A program made the position numbers and the translations under genes. This document shows positions 23,331 through 36,049 of a stretch of DNA of 64,000 bases, one piece after another. Source of the DNA: Chiloscyllium plagiosum. Its lineage: Eukaryota. Below the pieces are notes generated by a model. The model was not told the origin of the DNA, did not search any database, and saw nothing but the letters and a program-made list of their open reading frames with translations. Each line of letters begins with the position of its first letter. The first letter of the stretch is position 1. The stretch spans positions 19,045,387 through 19,109,386 of the forward strand of contig NC_057751.1 in the NCBI RefSeq assembly GCF_004010195.1, given 5' to 3'.

Positions 23331-24846
23331 TCACCACCAGAGGGCTCTGAATGACTTGTGCTGACAGCACAGGGGAGGGGAGATCACAGCTAAACTACAA
23401 CGGAGGCACTGTTCTTTCACCTTTGAGGTGAGACTGAAAGGAGGGAATAAAGCAATAGTGGAAATCTGAAACAAAAACAAAAATTATTGGAGAAACTCAG
23501 CAAGTCTGGGACATCTGAGGATAGAAAGCAGAGCTAACGTTTCAAGCCCAGTGACTCTTCTTAATAACTTTGCTTTAAAGGAAGGAATCCTACTTCAGAC
23601 AGAGTGAACAATATCGTGGAATATTCAAGTATTATTGCACAAGCAAAAAAAAACCCCTGGGAGCACTCAAGAAACAACTTGATGTAACAACAGAGGAGGG
23701 GGAAGTGACACTGATCAACTAAGGTTAAACACTCAAATATCAAAAACTTCTAAAGTACATAGTCACTTTTGCTCTGCAGTGGCAAAGGTCATCAAGCAAA
23801 GACACTTCCACTTTAAGGAGTAAGAGAACTAGTACCAACAGACAAATGTTCTCATTCTGCACACCAGTCAATTCATGTGCCATTTCATAGAGCAACCACT
23901 GTTCACAGATATTCCCAGAGGGGATTTTAGTAACATGGAGGGTTGGGGAAGCTGGGATTGTTCTCCTCAGGGTGAAGGTGGTCAAGGACACGTAGTTTTC
24001 AGGATTGCGACAGGTTAAAATGAGATAGACTTAAAAAAGAAAAGCTGTTCTCATTGTCTGATGATAGAAGGACTGAGGGGCACAGATTTAAGAATTCAGG
24101 CAAGAGATTTAGTTTTTATTTGTTGTAAGGGGTCCATGACGAAGAAATTATTTACATAGCGAGTAGCAATGACCAGAAAGTTACTGCCCAAGAGTGGGTG
24201 GAAGTGGAGGCAATGGATGAATCAAAATGGAAAAAATAAATTTGCAGGAACAATGGCGTAAAAGTTGTGAAAGGAGGTAGAGGTAGTGGGACAGGACGGA
24301 GACGGAATAGATCGTCTTACTGAGATCCAGCATCAATTCGATGGGCTGAATAGCTTTATATTTGACACCAGAATCATGGAGAAAGGAGGAGTTCAGAGTT
24401 GTTCCATCACACACTAGACAAAACAAATAAATTGTTCTTGACTCAAAATATTCAATCCTTACTGTGTGCCACACTGTAGAAAGGAGATGACTGCACTAGA
24501 GAGAGTACATTGGAGATGCACCAGGATGGGGCTGATATCCCTACAGCAGAGAATGGAGAAAAAAAATGCAGATAGCTGCAACATAAAGGGTCGTGGGATA
24601 CTTGTGCATGTAACACAGAAAGCTAGCACACAGGGTGCAGCAGATAATCAGTAAGACTAATGGAATATTCGCCCTTATTTCAAGGCGGTTGGAATATAAG
24701 AATACAGATGGCTTACTGCAACTCTACAAAGTGCTGCTGAGACAACATCTGGAATACAGTGATCAGCTTTGATGCTCTTATTTAAAGCAAAGATATCATT
24801 TCATTGGCACTCCTTGTCACAGTTGTGAGAGAAGAATCCTTGTGTA

Positions 24847-27460
24847 TCAGGTTGTAAGTTTGCTCGCTGAGCTGATAAGCTTGTTCTCAGACGCTTCATC
24901 ACCGTGCTAGGTAACATCATCGGTGTGCCTCTGTTGAAGCGCTGGTGTACTGTCCTGCTTTCTATTTGTGTGTCTTGGTCTGTTGTGGCAGGTGAGATCA
25001 TTTCCAGTTCTTTTTCTAGGAGGTTGGTAAATGGGGTCCAAATCCATGTGTTTGTTGACAGAGTTCTGCTTTGAATGTCAGGCCTCTAGGAATTCCCATG
25101 CGTGTCTTTGTTTAGCCTGTCCCAGGATGGATGTATTGTCCCAGTTGAACTGGTGTCCCTCGTTGTTTGTGTGTCAGGTTCCTAGTGATAGTTGGTCATG
25201 TCTTTTGGTGGCTAGTTGGTGCAAGTGTATCCTGGTGGCTAGTTTCCTGCCTGTCTGTCCGATGTAATGTTTGTTGCAGTCCATGCAGGGTATTTTGAAC
25301 ATGACGTCCGTTCTGCTGGCTATTGGTAGGGGGCCCTTTAGATTCATCAGGAGTTGTTTGTGTGTTGGTAGGTTTGTGATGCCAAGGGGCCAGAGTCATC
25401 TGATTGTCATCTCTGAGATGTCTTTAAAGTATGGCAGGTTGGCTAGAGTCCCTGGGAATGTTGTGTCTTCTTGTTTAGGTTTGTTGTGCAAGAATCGGCG
25501 GACTGCGCTTATCAGGTACCCGTTGTTATTGAATATGTTGTATAGGTGTTTTTCTTCAGCATCTCGTACTTCCTGGGTGCTGAAGTATGTTGTGGCTTAT
25601 CTAAATAATGTCCTGATGCAGCTTTGTTAGAGGTTGTTGGGAGGATTGCTGCTATAGTTGAGTATCTGGTCTGTGTGTGTTGCTTTCCTACAGACATTGG
25701 TAGGCAGCTCTCCATTGGCTTTTCGTTCTACTGTGACATCTAGGAAGGGGAGTCTGTTGTTCTCTTCCTCATTGGTGAACTTCATACCAGTAAGGATGTT
25801 GTTTATGTGTTTGTGTTTCTTCTAATTTGTTGTGTTTCGTGATGACAAATGGTGTCATGCACATAGCGGACCCAAAGCTTGAGCTGGATCGTGAGGAGGG
25901 CTGCTTGTTCCAACCACTACATAACTGCTTCTGCCAAGAGTCCTGATATTGGTGATCCCATGGGTGTGCCATTGATTTGTTCATAGGTCTTGTCATTGAA
26001 CGTGAAGTGTGTTGAGGGGCACAGGTCTACTAGCTTGAGGATGCTGTCCTTGCTAATGGAGTTGGTGCTGTCTGGTGTGTGTGCCCTTGGTTTGTCTAGT
26101 ACTGAGATCAGTGTTTCTTTGACCAAAATGATGTTTATTGATGTGAATAGGGCTGTCACGTCAAAGGAAACCATGACCTTGTTGTCCTCTACCTTGGTGT
26201 CTTTCATGATGTTCAGGAATTCCTGGGTGGAGTGGATGGAGTGGCTCGAGTCTTCTACTGGGTATTTCAGTTTGCGTTGAAGTTCCTTTGCGAGTCTGCA
26301 TGATGGTGTGCCGGGAAGTGAGACTATGGCTCGGAGGGGGGCCCCTGGTTTGTGTACCTTTGGTAATCTGTAGAAAGGTGTGTTGGATCCTTCAGGTTTC
26401 ATTCTTTAGAGGACTGTTTTGTTAATTTCACCTGTCTTGTGGAGTTTCTTCAGTTCTGCTGTAATACAGCTTTCTAGCAGTGGAGTCAGGTCCATCGCAA
26501 CCTGTTGGTAGGTGTTGGTATCTGTGAGCAGTGGGTTTGTTTTTTCAATGTATTGTGCTCTGTTCAGGATGATGGTCATGCACCTTTTGTCTGTCAGTAC
26601 TGTCTTTTCTAAGTACTTCCAAAGCTTTCCTTTGTGTTGAGGGTGTTCCTTCTTTCTTTCTGCTTAGTGTTGGCGCTACTGTCTGTCTGATGGCTTGCTG
26701 GATTTCTTCAGTAAGTCCGTTTTCTTTCAGGGTACGACCAGACTACTCCGGCCCCTTATCGTCATGGTAGCTCACAAACCTACCAACACACCGAAACAAC
26801 TCTTGATGAATCTAAAAGGACCCCCTACCAAAAACCAGCAGAACAAATGTCATTTACAAAATACCCTGCATGGACTGCAACACTACATTGGACAGACAGG
26901 CAGGAAACTAGCCACCAGGATACACGAGCACCAACTAGCCACCAAAAGACATGACCAACTATCACTAGGAACCTGACACGCAAATGACGAGGGACACCAG
27001 TTCAACTGGGACAATCCACCCATCCTGGAACAGGCTAAACAAAGATACACACGGGAATTCCTAGAGGCCTGGCATTCAAACTGGAACTCCGTCAATAAAC
27101 ACGGATTTGGACCCCATTTACCAACCTCTCAGAGAAAGAACAGGAAGTGAGATCACCTACCAAGAGACCAAGACACACAAATAGAAAGCGGACAATACAC
27201 CAGTGCTTCAACAGAGGCACACTGATGATGTTAAAAGGAGAAAGTGAGGACTGCAGATGCTGGAGATCAGAGCTGAAAATGTGTTGCTGAAGAAGGGCTC
27301 ATGCCCAAAACGTCAATTCTCCTGCTCCTTGGATGCTGCCTGACTCACTGACGATGTTACCTAGCACAGTGATCAAATGTCTGAGAACAAATCTTCCAGC
27401 TCAGCGAGCAAACTTACAATCTGAACCACAACCTGAGCTACAAATCTTCACAAAGATCGC
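24847..27460. mobile_element. Penelope-like retroelement with inverted structure: minus-strand RT + GIY-YIG + pLTR, then plus-strand GIY-YIG + pLTR; ORF disrupted
   Basis: RT motifs FYRLPKVHKPGAPLRAIVS, SFDVTALFTSI and QINGTPMGSPISG. GIY-YIG motif HYIGQTGRKLATRIHEH. Perfect 12-bp TSD AATCCTTGTGTA at 24835-24846 and 27461-27472. Confidence 0.93.
27234..27345. mobile_element. 112-bp short element (palindromic family A fragment) inserted in the Penelope pLTR
   Basis: TSD CACTGA(T/C)GATGTTA at 27220-27233 and 27346-27359. Sequence shared with 31440-31660. Confidence 0.85.
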
Positions 27461-28439
27461 AATCCTTGTGTACATTGAAGACTGAGATAGATGGAATTGT
27501 ATCAGTTGGGGAATCGAGGACTAGGGCAGGTAAGTGGATGTGAGGAATGTCAGGCTAGACACAATCCTATTGAATGTGAAGGACGCTCGAGGAGCCGAAA
27601 AGCCTACTCTTGATCTTATTTCTTATAAGCTGAGAAAGCTGACGGTATTGGGTTTCTTGAGCTGTACAAAATTATGAGGGACGTAGATAGGAAGAACCTC
27701 TTCCCCTTAAGTAGAAGGGTCAATAAGCAGAGGGCACTGTTTAAAGGTAAGGAGCAAAACATTTTATAAAGGAATTTGTTTTAACCTAGATGATGGTGGG
27801 TATCTGGAACTCTGCTTGAAAGAGTGGAATTATCAGAGCATTCAAGTATTTAGATGATCATGAAATACCATACCATACCATACAAGGCTACAGGCCAAGT
27901 GCTGGAACATGGGTCTGGAATAGATAGGTGCCTGACGACCGGCATGGACACGATGGACCCCTTTCTATGCTGTATGACTCTATGATGCTCATAGCTTCCT
28001 TGAAGGCTTGACCCCAAGCACGGCAGAAATCCACATGGATCAAAAAATTCTTCGATCTGTCCTTATTCATCTTAGGTGATGTAGAGGGTACTACACCTAA
28101 CTTCAGAATGCCTGGATTAGAGAGGATGTAGTGACGTTGATTGGGGATCCCTGTAACCGATGAATCCTGGATGTTGGTTGAGGATAGGAATACACTGCCT
28201 ATTGAGCTGTTGCAGGCATTCTAGGCAATAGTCTGGACTCAGTGCAAATAATAGTCATAACACCATCACAACAATGCTCACCACTATCTCAGAACAACCA
28301 GGAATCTGCAGTAAATGCAGCCTTGCATCTATCCCCCAGATGCAGACAACAGATAAAAACTGGATGCAAGTGAGCGAGAAAGGGGTCTCTTAGTCAAGGA
28401 AAAGGGGGTAAAACTTGCAGTACTTAACAAGAGTTCACA

Positions 28440-28990
<551 letters not shown>

Positions 28991-29457
28991 TTAACATTTT
29001 CACAAGCACCAAAACAAAATGCTGGGAATGTCTTCTGCCTCCAAAACTCCATGCATTGTTTTTGCATCATTCTTACGAAGAGTGGAAGCAGGAGACTTCC
29101 ATCCCTGCTCAAAATGAAAATAACAGGTATTTGGACAAAAACAAATTTTGGCTCACCCACAGGCAAATTAGTGTAAAAGCCCAAAGTGATTCACCAACAC
29201 AATGAAAAGAAGGGAATCTACTACCTTTACTAAGTTATATGCACACATAATTTCAGTGCAAAACTGTGTAGTTGACCTTAAATGCTTTCTCAAAGCAACA
29301 AGGGACATAAAATTCCCAGTCTCAACTGGTGGCATGCGCCAAGTTTGTTAATCTTAGCAACCCTACCATCACTCTACTGTAAAGTCCATTTAGGAGAAGC
29401 AGGATTGGATTTGACTGCGATACCTTTTGACGAAAGGGAAGGAAACGTAATATCTCA

Positions 29458-29586
<129 letters not shown>

Positions 29587-29699
29587 CTACAAATTTCAGG
29601 CAGCAAGTTGGAAGGATCAAGCCCAGACGAACACATTCAGCTCACTGGAGTGCGTTTTACTGGGCCAGGAGCAAATCTTCCTTCCTGCAAAATCAATGC

Positions 29700-30055
29700 A
29701 GTGACGCCTCCTCGGGAACACTTCACAAACTGACGGACGCCTCAGTAATGTTGCTCGAGCTCCCTCCCCAACGTTCGCGAGAGCACGATCGGCCAGCCCG
29801 CTCTTTCCCGTCGCCCCGGAAACCAGTGCTGACAGGCAGCAGCCTTGGCCAATCAACAACCGCTCGTCGCCTGTACCGCCCACAACTCAACTGGGTTCCA
29901 ATAGGCCCTAAGCAGGTGTCCAATAGGCGGGACACCTGCTTAGGGCCTTCGTGTCCAGGAGTGATTCCGGAAAGGCCCGCATTAAAGGGACAAGTTTTTG
30001 AACAATTCATTCACGGGATACTGGCGTCGCTGGCATTTGTTGCTCTGTTACGTTA
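29700..30055 (-). promoter_or_regulatory. CpG-rich putative NABP2 proximal promoter
   Basis: Local CpG enrichment. CCAAT at 29849, 29898 and 29920. GC box CCGCCC at about 29876. E2F-like TTTCCCG (29804) and GGCGGGA (29926). Confidence 0.6.
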
Positions 30056-30171
30056 GGGCAGTCTCAATCAAAGGTTAGGAATCGGAAAGCTTTCCTAATT
30101 AGATCTGGAGTCAGGCAGGGCTACCCATTATCTCTTGCCTTGTTTGTGTTTGCTGAGTCCATCTGGAAGGA

Positions 30172-30260
30172 ATTCATTCCTGATAAAGGGCTTTTGCCCA
30201 AAACGTCGGTTTTCCTGCTCCTCGGATGCTGTGCTTTTCCAGTACCACACTAATCTTGAC
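30172..30260 (+). mobile_element. Single-arm copy of palindromic family A
   Basis: ATTCCTGATAAAGGGCTTTTGCCCAAAACGTCG...CCTGCTCCTCGGATGCTG...CTTTTCCAG. Another single arm lies at about 22843-22912. Confidence 0.75.
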
Positions 30261-31340
30261 CCCGTCCAGAAGGATTTGAGTCTGACTGAGAATGGAGTCC
30301 TGCAGATCAAAGACTCCATGTACATGGACGATGTTGCCATTTTCTGCTCAGATCTGCTGCCAGTCCACAGACTCATGAGCATCTGTGACCATTTCGAACT
30401 GGCCTCGGGAGACAAGAGCAAGGCCATGTTCGTTACGAACTGGACCGACTGAACCTTTTATCTCCTTCCTTGTCAGGACAGATTACCTGAAGGTGCTGGG
30501 TTTGTGGTTTGGAAGGGCCAGGTGGTGTGCAAATACTTGGGAGGAAAGCATCTCCAAGGTGAGGTACTGCTCCCTCTCCATTGTGGGTAAAAACCTGGAC
30601 ATTAGGTGAGACGGCCTTACTGTCTGTGTTACTGTACCTGGTACAGGTCTGGCTCATTCCCCAAACCTGTAGCCTTAGCAGTCACCTGAGCCATCTTGCA
30701 CTTCATCTGGTGGTCAAAGATGGACCATGTCCACAGAGACACCATGTACAAAACTCTGGATAAGGGGAGGAAGGAGGTACCCTCTTCCTAATGATCACCT
30801 TTGTATGTGGCTTCATCCAGCTGTGCGTAGACCCTCGGTATGCAAACATCAAGTGTCATTACATACTGAGGTTCTACCTGTCCCTGGTGTTGTGAAGGAT
30901 GGGTCTGGCCTCAGCACTGCGGAACACGCCAAGTAGTTGGATCATTATGTATCACCTGTCCCTTGTGGAAAAGTTTGCAAAGAGAAACATGGTGGACCTG
31001 AATTGCTGTGCTCTTCCAGCACCACTGATCCAGAATCTGGTTTCCAGCATCTGCAGTTATTGTTTTTACCACATATCCATCAGTCAGTGGACAACACGCA
31101 GCATCCTTGAGACCCTGTGGAAAAAGAAAAGGGTGGATCCTGTCACGTGGTTTCCTGAGCAGACTTCCAAAGTCATTTGGCAGAATGCCTCCTCACCAGA
31201 ACTTTCCAATAAGCACCAAGACACTGCTTGGCATGTGGTGAGAAGGGCACTGCCTGTCATATCCTTCATGTACACCGGTCTCTGGGCACGACCACACACT
31301 GCCCTCAATGTGGTTGTGGGGGGGTAAGAGACTGACACGG
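30261..31340 (+). mobile_element. Degraded Tx1/L1-clade non-LTR retrotransposon ORF2 fragment
   Basis: YMDDVAIFCSD...ICDHFELASG, YLKVLGLWFG and WQNASSPELSNKHQDTAWHVVRRALPV. Multiple frameshifts and a small insertion at about 31000-31070. Confidence 0.75.
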
Positions 31341-31439
31341 TGGTGTTCCCCCTACATCTGCTGCCTCCTGCCTCCTCCCCCCCCCCCCCCAGCCTCAGTC
31401 AGAGTTGGGGTCAGGAATCCAAGGAAGCAAAGGCAACAG

Positions 31440-31660
31440 AGATGGAAATGTGTTGCTGGAAAAGCACAGCAGGTCAGGCAGCATCTAGGGAACAGGAGAA
31501 TCGACGTTTCGGGCATTAGCCCTTCTTCAGGAATTCCTGAAGAAGGGCTAATGCCCGAAACGTCGATTCTCCTGTTCCCTAGATGCTGCCTGACCTGCTG
31601 CGCTTTTCCAGCAACACATTTCCATCTCTGATCTCCAGCATCTGCAGACCTCACTTTCTC
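31440..31660. mobile_element. ORF-less palindromic element (family A) with a hammerhead-like motif on each strand
   Basis: Palindrome 31437-31630 centred on GAATTC, with 97-bp arms and 1 mismatch. 30-bp asymmetric tail. Perfect 14-bp TSD AGCAAAGGCAACAG (31426-31439 and 31661-31674). Confidence 0.93.
31537..31564 (+). ncRNA. Minimal hammerhead ribozyme motif (mirror copy at 31503-31530, minus strand)
   Basis: CTGAAGA-A-GGGC(TAAT)GCCC-GAAA-CGTC: CUGANGA core, 4-bp helix II, GAAA, palindromic ACGU helix III and GUC cleavage triplet. Helix I is weak. Confidence 0.6.
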
Positions 31661-33159
31661 AGCAAAGGCAACAGGTCTTGTGTCTAAAACAAAAAAAATG
31701 CCCAGAAATTTACTGAAGAAACTCAGCAGGTCTCGTAGCAAGGAGAGAGAAACAGAGTGTTTTGAGTCCAGTCACTGTTCAGAACTTCTTCAGATCTTCT
31801 GTCTCCTACCCGGCTCTTCCTATCCCACTCTCTCAGAGATGTCATGGAAATTTTCACTACTTGAAATAGAGTCTCAGTGGAAAATTATTTGGGAAGCACT
31901 GTTCTTGATGGTAGAGGTCATGGGTTTGGAAGGTGGCAGAGAGGGATCATTGACAATGGCACTGTGAAAGAACTACATTGTGCACATGGTCCATACCAAT
32001 TTAAAAATAGCTCAAATAAAATGAATGAAATTATAATTATGTGAAGAATGACTGGTCTTTATGTATAGCTTTTGATGCAATAAAATATCCCCAAGAAACT
32101 CAAGAGTAGTCAGACTAATCTGACACTGAACCACATAATGAAATATTTGGTAAGATGAACAAAAGCTTGGTCAAAGAGGTTAATTTTTGAGGAGCATCTT
32201 AAAAGAAGAAAGCAAAGAGGACAGAGAGTGATGGAGATGTTTACGGAGGAAGTTCCAGACCTCAGGGACCTGGCAGTGAATGCATAGCCACCCATGATGG
32301 AGCAATGGAAATCTGGACGTATGGGGGGCTGCAACAATTGGAGAAGCACAAAGATCTCACAGGATTGAAGGACATTACAAATATAGGGGGCAAAGTTATC
32401 CGGGGAGGAAAGAAAGCGTTTCAAAGACCATCTGAAATGCTCCTCAATGTGTGGTAGCATTGATATTAATAACTGGGGAGGAGCTTAACAATTGTTCAAA
32501 ATAGCAGCAATTTGCCCATCAAGCTGTGTCACAATTTGAGTCCGAGCGCCGTAATGACAAGGCAGAGTGGCAGCAGAGAAGGAAAGAAAGGAAACTGCGC
32601 TCCAGATCCTTTCCCACATGCTCAGTGATATGCGGTTTGAGAATTGGCCTTTATCGTCACATGAAGACAACTGGCAGAAACTCATGACCCTGATTAGACA
32701 TCACCCTTGAACTGAAGGACAACTGATGACGATATAGCATCAAATGGAATCCATTAGTGATGTAAGATCTGAACATGGCATTTGGTGTCACATGGTTCCT
32801 CTGAACTGGACATGAGCAAGATTGTGAAAGAGGGGCATCTAGAGGGACAAGGGATGTGAGTTCTTGCAGACATATGATATGACAGAACTATGATACCTAG
32901 AGCATTATGGAGATTACTTGCATGTTTTGCTTAGTTAGGAGCAGGAGCAGACCATTCAGCACCTCTTGCCTTCTCCAGCATTTAATAAAATCATGGCTGA
33001 TCTGATTGTGGACTCAGCTCCACTTTCCTGCCTGTCCCTGACTACCTTTGACTTTTTCATTAATCAAGTTACCTGCAGTTATTATGTCCCTATATTTTAT
33101 TTCACCACTGATTTCAGTGTAAGGACCAATTGTTTATGGAGTTTTGCCCACCAGATAAC

Positions 33160-33330
33160 CTAGTCATTTAATCATTGCTATTTGCAGGTGCTTGCTATGT
33201 GCACATTGGCTACCGCATCCTCTACAATGACAATAGTGACCACACTTCAGAAGTACTCATTAGCAGTCAGGCACTTTGGGACATCTTGAACTTTTGAGAT
33301 GTGCTATATAAATGTATGTTCTTATTTGCT
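33160..33330 (+). mobile_element. SacSINE1/Deu-like SINE 3' part
   Basis: CTTGCTATGTGCACATTGGCT...GCACTTTGGGACATC...GTGCTATATAAATG. Confidence 0.6.
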
Positions 33331-34555
33331 TGGATGTCATGGTGAGATGTAATGGGCAGTAATTCATTGTCAGCTAAAATAAGATTTATTTCATAGAACT
33401 AAATTCAAGCTAAAGTTTGATATACAGAGGTGAGACAGGTGTTTAAATTATTTATGAAACTAAATTATTTCTGAGGTTTGTTGCAAAGATTTAAAGTTTC
33501 AGATGTTCTTCAATGTCTAATTTATTATTGTTTAGGCTTTCAAAGACTGTGCAGAAGGAAAGCAATAGTGGGCTGATGTTGAAACATGAAATTTGAAGGG
33601 AATAGAAATGCTGCATTTTTCCAAGAGTCAAACTAAAATTTGGCAAGAAAAGACATGTAGAATGAAATTTCTTCACAAGAATCAATTTTCTTCTCATAAA
33701 CAAAGTAGAACTAAAGTTAGAGACAAGGTGAGAATTAAACCGATTTCTCGATGAAAACAAAACTGATAAGAGCAACTTCTCAAAATACAATCAGATGATT
33801 CATTTGGCAAGGGGAATTTTTTGAATTGTATGAATAGTATAATATTCTATGCGGAACTGTGACGTAGCTGATAGATTGTTGTGAGTCCATAACCTCAGAA
33901 TGTAAGAATTGCTTCTATCTGGAATGTTAGTTGAACTCCTTATGTTGTGTTCCTGCGAATTACTCACTCCTACACAACTGTTAGTTGGGTTCTATTTGTA
34001 TCTATAAGTGGTTTGCAGCGATGGAAAAGTTACTGGTGGGAAAGACAAGGAGAATGGGAAGGGCTGCTTTTAATGAGGGAAATCATTATATACATGAGGA
34101 AATGTTGGAAATGAGTGGGGCAAGGGGATTGGTCAATTGCAAATGCACTGAGAAATAAAACACCTAGTCCTATGCTGTATTGTTCTTTGTTCTTTGTAAG
34201 CTAGAAATTTGGGAATCTGGATGAGGAGGAGAGGAGGATAGGATCTGGGACAAAGGTGATTTTGGGCTGAATAGTGGGAGGGAGTTTGAAAAGTGGAATG
34301 AATCAAATTAGCCTGTCATTCTAAAAGATTGTAGTTGAAGCCCACTTTTATGTCGTACTGTGTTTGCTCAGGCTGATTGTATTTTTCCTACCTAATTGAA
34401 CACATACTGGAAATAGCTTTCTTATATGAAAACGTGTTCATATAAAATATGAGGTTTGGAACCAGGTGTAATCTTCAGATGAAGTGAAATTAGAGTTGTG
34501 GACTTAACAGTATCAGGGCAGTCCTCATTTTAAACTCACACGTTGTCTCCATGTT

Positions 34556-35265
34556 GTTGTGGTTCTGTTCGCCGAGCTGGGAATTTGTGTTGCAGACGTT
34601 TCATCCCCTGTCTAGGTGACATCCTCAGTGCTTGGGAGCCTCCTGTGAAGCGCTTCTGTGATGTTTCCTCCGGCACTTATAGTGGTTTGAATCTGCCGCT
34701 TCCGGTTGTCAGTTCCAGCTGTCCGTTGCAGTGGTCGGTATATTGGGTCGGTATATATGGTATTTTGGCAAAACCAATGTAGTGTACAAAATCCCATGCA
34801 AGGACTGCACAAAACACTACATAAGACAAACAAGAAGACAGCTAACGATCCGCATCCATGAACACCAACTAGCCACGAAACGACACGACCAACTATCCTT
34901 AGTAGCAGATGACAAGCAACATGAATTCGACTGGGACAACACTACTATTATTGGACAAGCCAAACAGAGAACAGCCAGGGAATTCCTAGAGGCATGGCAC
35001 TCATCCACAGATTCAATCAATAAGCACATCGACCTAGACCCAATATACCGACCACTGCAACGGACAGCTGGAACTGACAACCGGAAGCGGCAGATTCAAA
35101 CCACTATAAATGCCGGAGGAAACATCACAGAAGCACTTCTCAGGAGGCTCCCAAGCACTGAGGATGTCACCTAGACAGGGGACGAAACGTCTGCAACACA
35201 AATTCCCAGCTCGGCAAACAGAACCACAACAACAAGCACCCGAGCTACAAATCTTCTCACAAACT
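34556..35265 (+). mobile_element. 5'-truncated Penelope-like element: inverted pLTR + GIY-YIG C-terminus + pLTR
   Basis: KTNVVYKIPCKDCTKHYIRQTRRQLTIRIHEHQLA...AREFLEAWHS. The segment at about 34553-34750 is the reverse complement of about 35035-35233. TSD TTGTCTCCATGTT at 34543-34555 and 35266-35278. Confidence 0.94.
35155..35194 (+). ncRNA. Minimal hammerhead ribozyme motif in the Penelope pLTR (mirror copy at 34592-34631, minus strand)
   Basis: GCA-CTGAGGA-T-GTCACCT(AGAC)AGGGGAC-GAAA-CGTC-TGC: 3-bp helix I, helix II with one mismatch, ACGU helix III. Confidence 0.7.
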
Positions 35266-36049
35266 TTGTCTCCATGTTTTCATACACTTTCATTATAAAT
35301 TCCCATATGTACATTTCAAATGAAAATTGTCAATATAAACTAAAATTGTATAAAATGTTTGCATATTTTGTTATTTTTCAATTGCATTAATTTCAGTTTC
35401 TCACTAATATTTTATTCTATTTTACCTTCAGCTCCTTATTTTTAACAAATGCTCCCTTCATTACAAAAAGCACTTACAATATTCCAAAAAGAGAGCCTTG
35501 CATTTATGTAGCGCTTTTTGCAAGTCCCAGATGTCTCAAAGTGCTTTGCAGCAAGTTAAGTGTTTTTGAAGTATAGTAATTGTTGCAATATGATGGGATT
35601 CAAACCTAGATCCCTAGAACATTACCTGGGTCTCCGGATTAACAGTCCAGTTTTAATGCCACTTGGCCATTGCCTCCCCTTAATTTTTCTTTTTATGCTG
35701 TGGCTTTGAAACGGAATTTTAAAAATATTTTCTAATCAACCCGTTTATTGATGTGTTATAACACCTCCACAGCAGGTTGGGCTTGAGCCCTGCTCTCCTT
35801 GCTCTGAGGTAGAGGCATTACCATTGCACAAGAATTCCCTTTAAGTGGAAAATGGGTAAATACATGAAAAATCTTCAAGTTGTTGAGTAGGAGTGAGGGG
35901 TGGTGGGAATAGTGTCTAATTGGAGAGCTCTTTTGGGAACACTGGAGTTGCTGTGAATGGGCCGAATTGATAGGAAATGACTGCTTCACCTGCCCTTTAC
36001 TGGATCTCATCTTTTCAATTGCAGCAGAATCAAATTTGCCTCCTCCCTC

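Noticed and set aside
31308..31741. Near-identical peptides encoded on both strands
   Set aside because: A direct consequence of the 194-bp palindrome.
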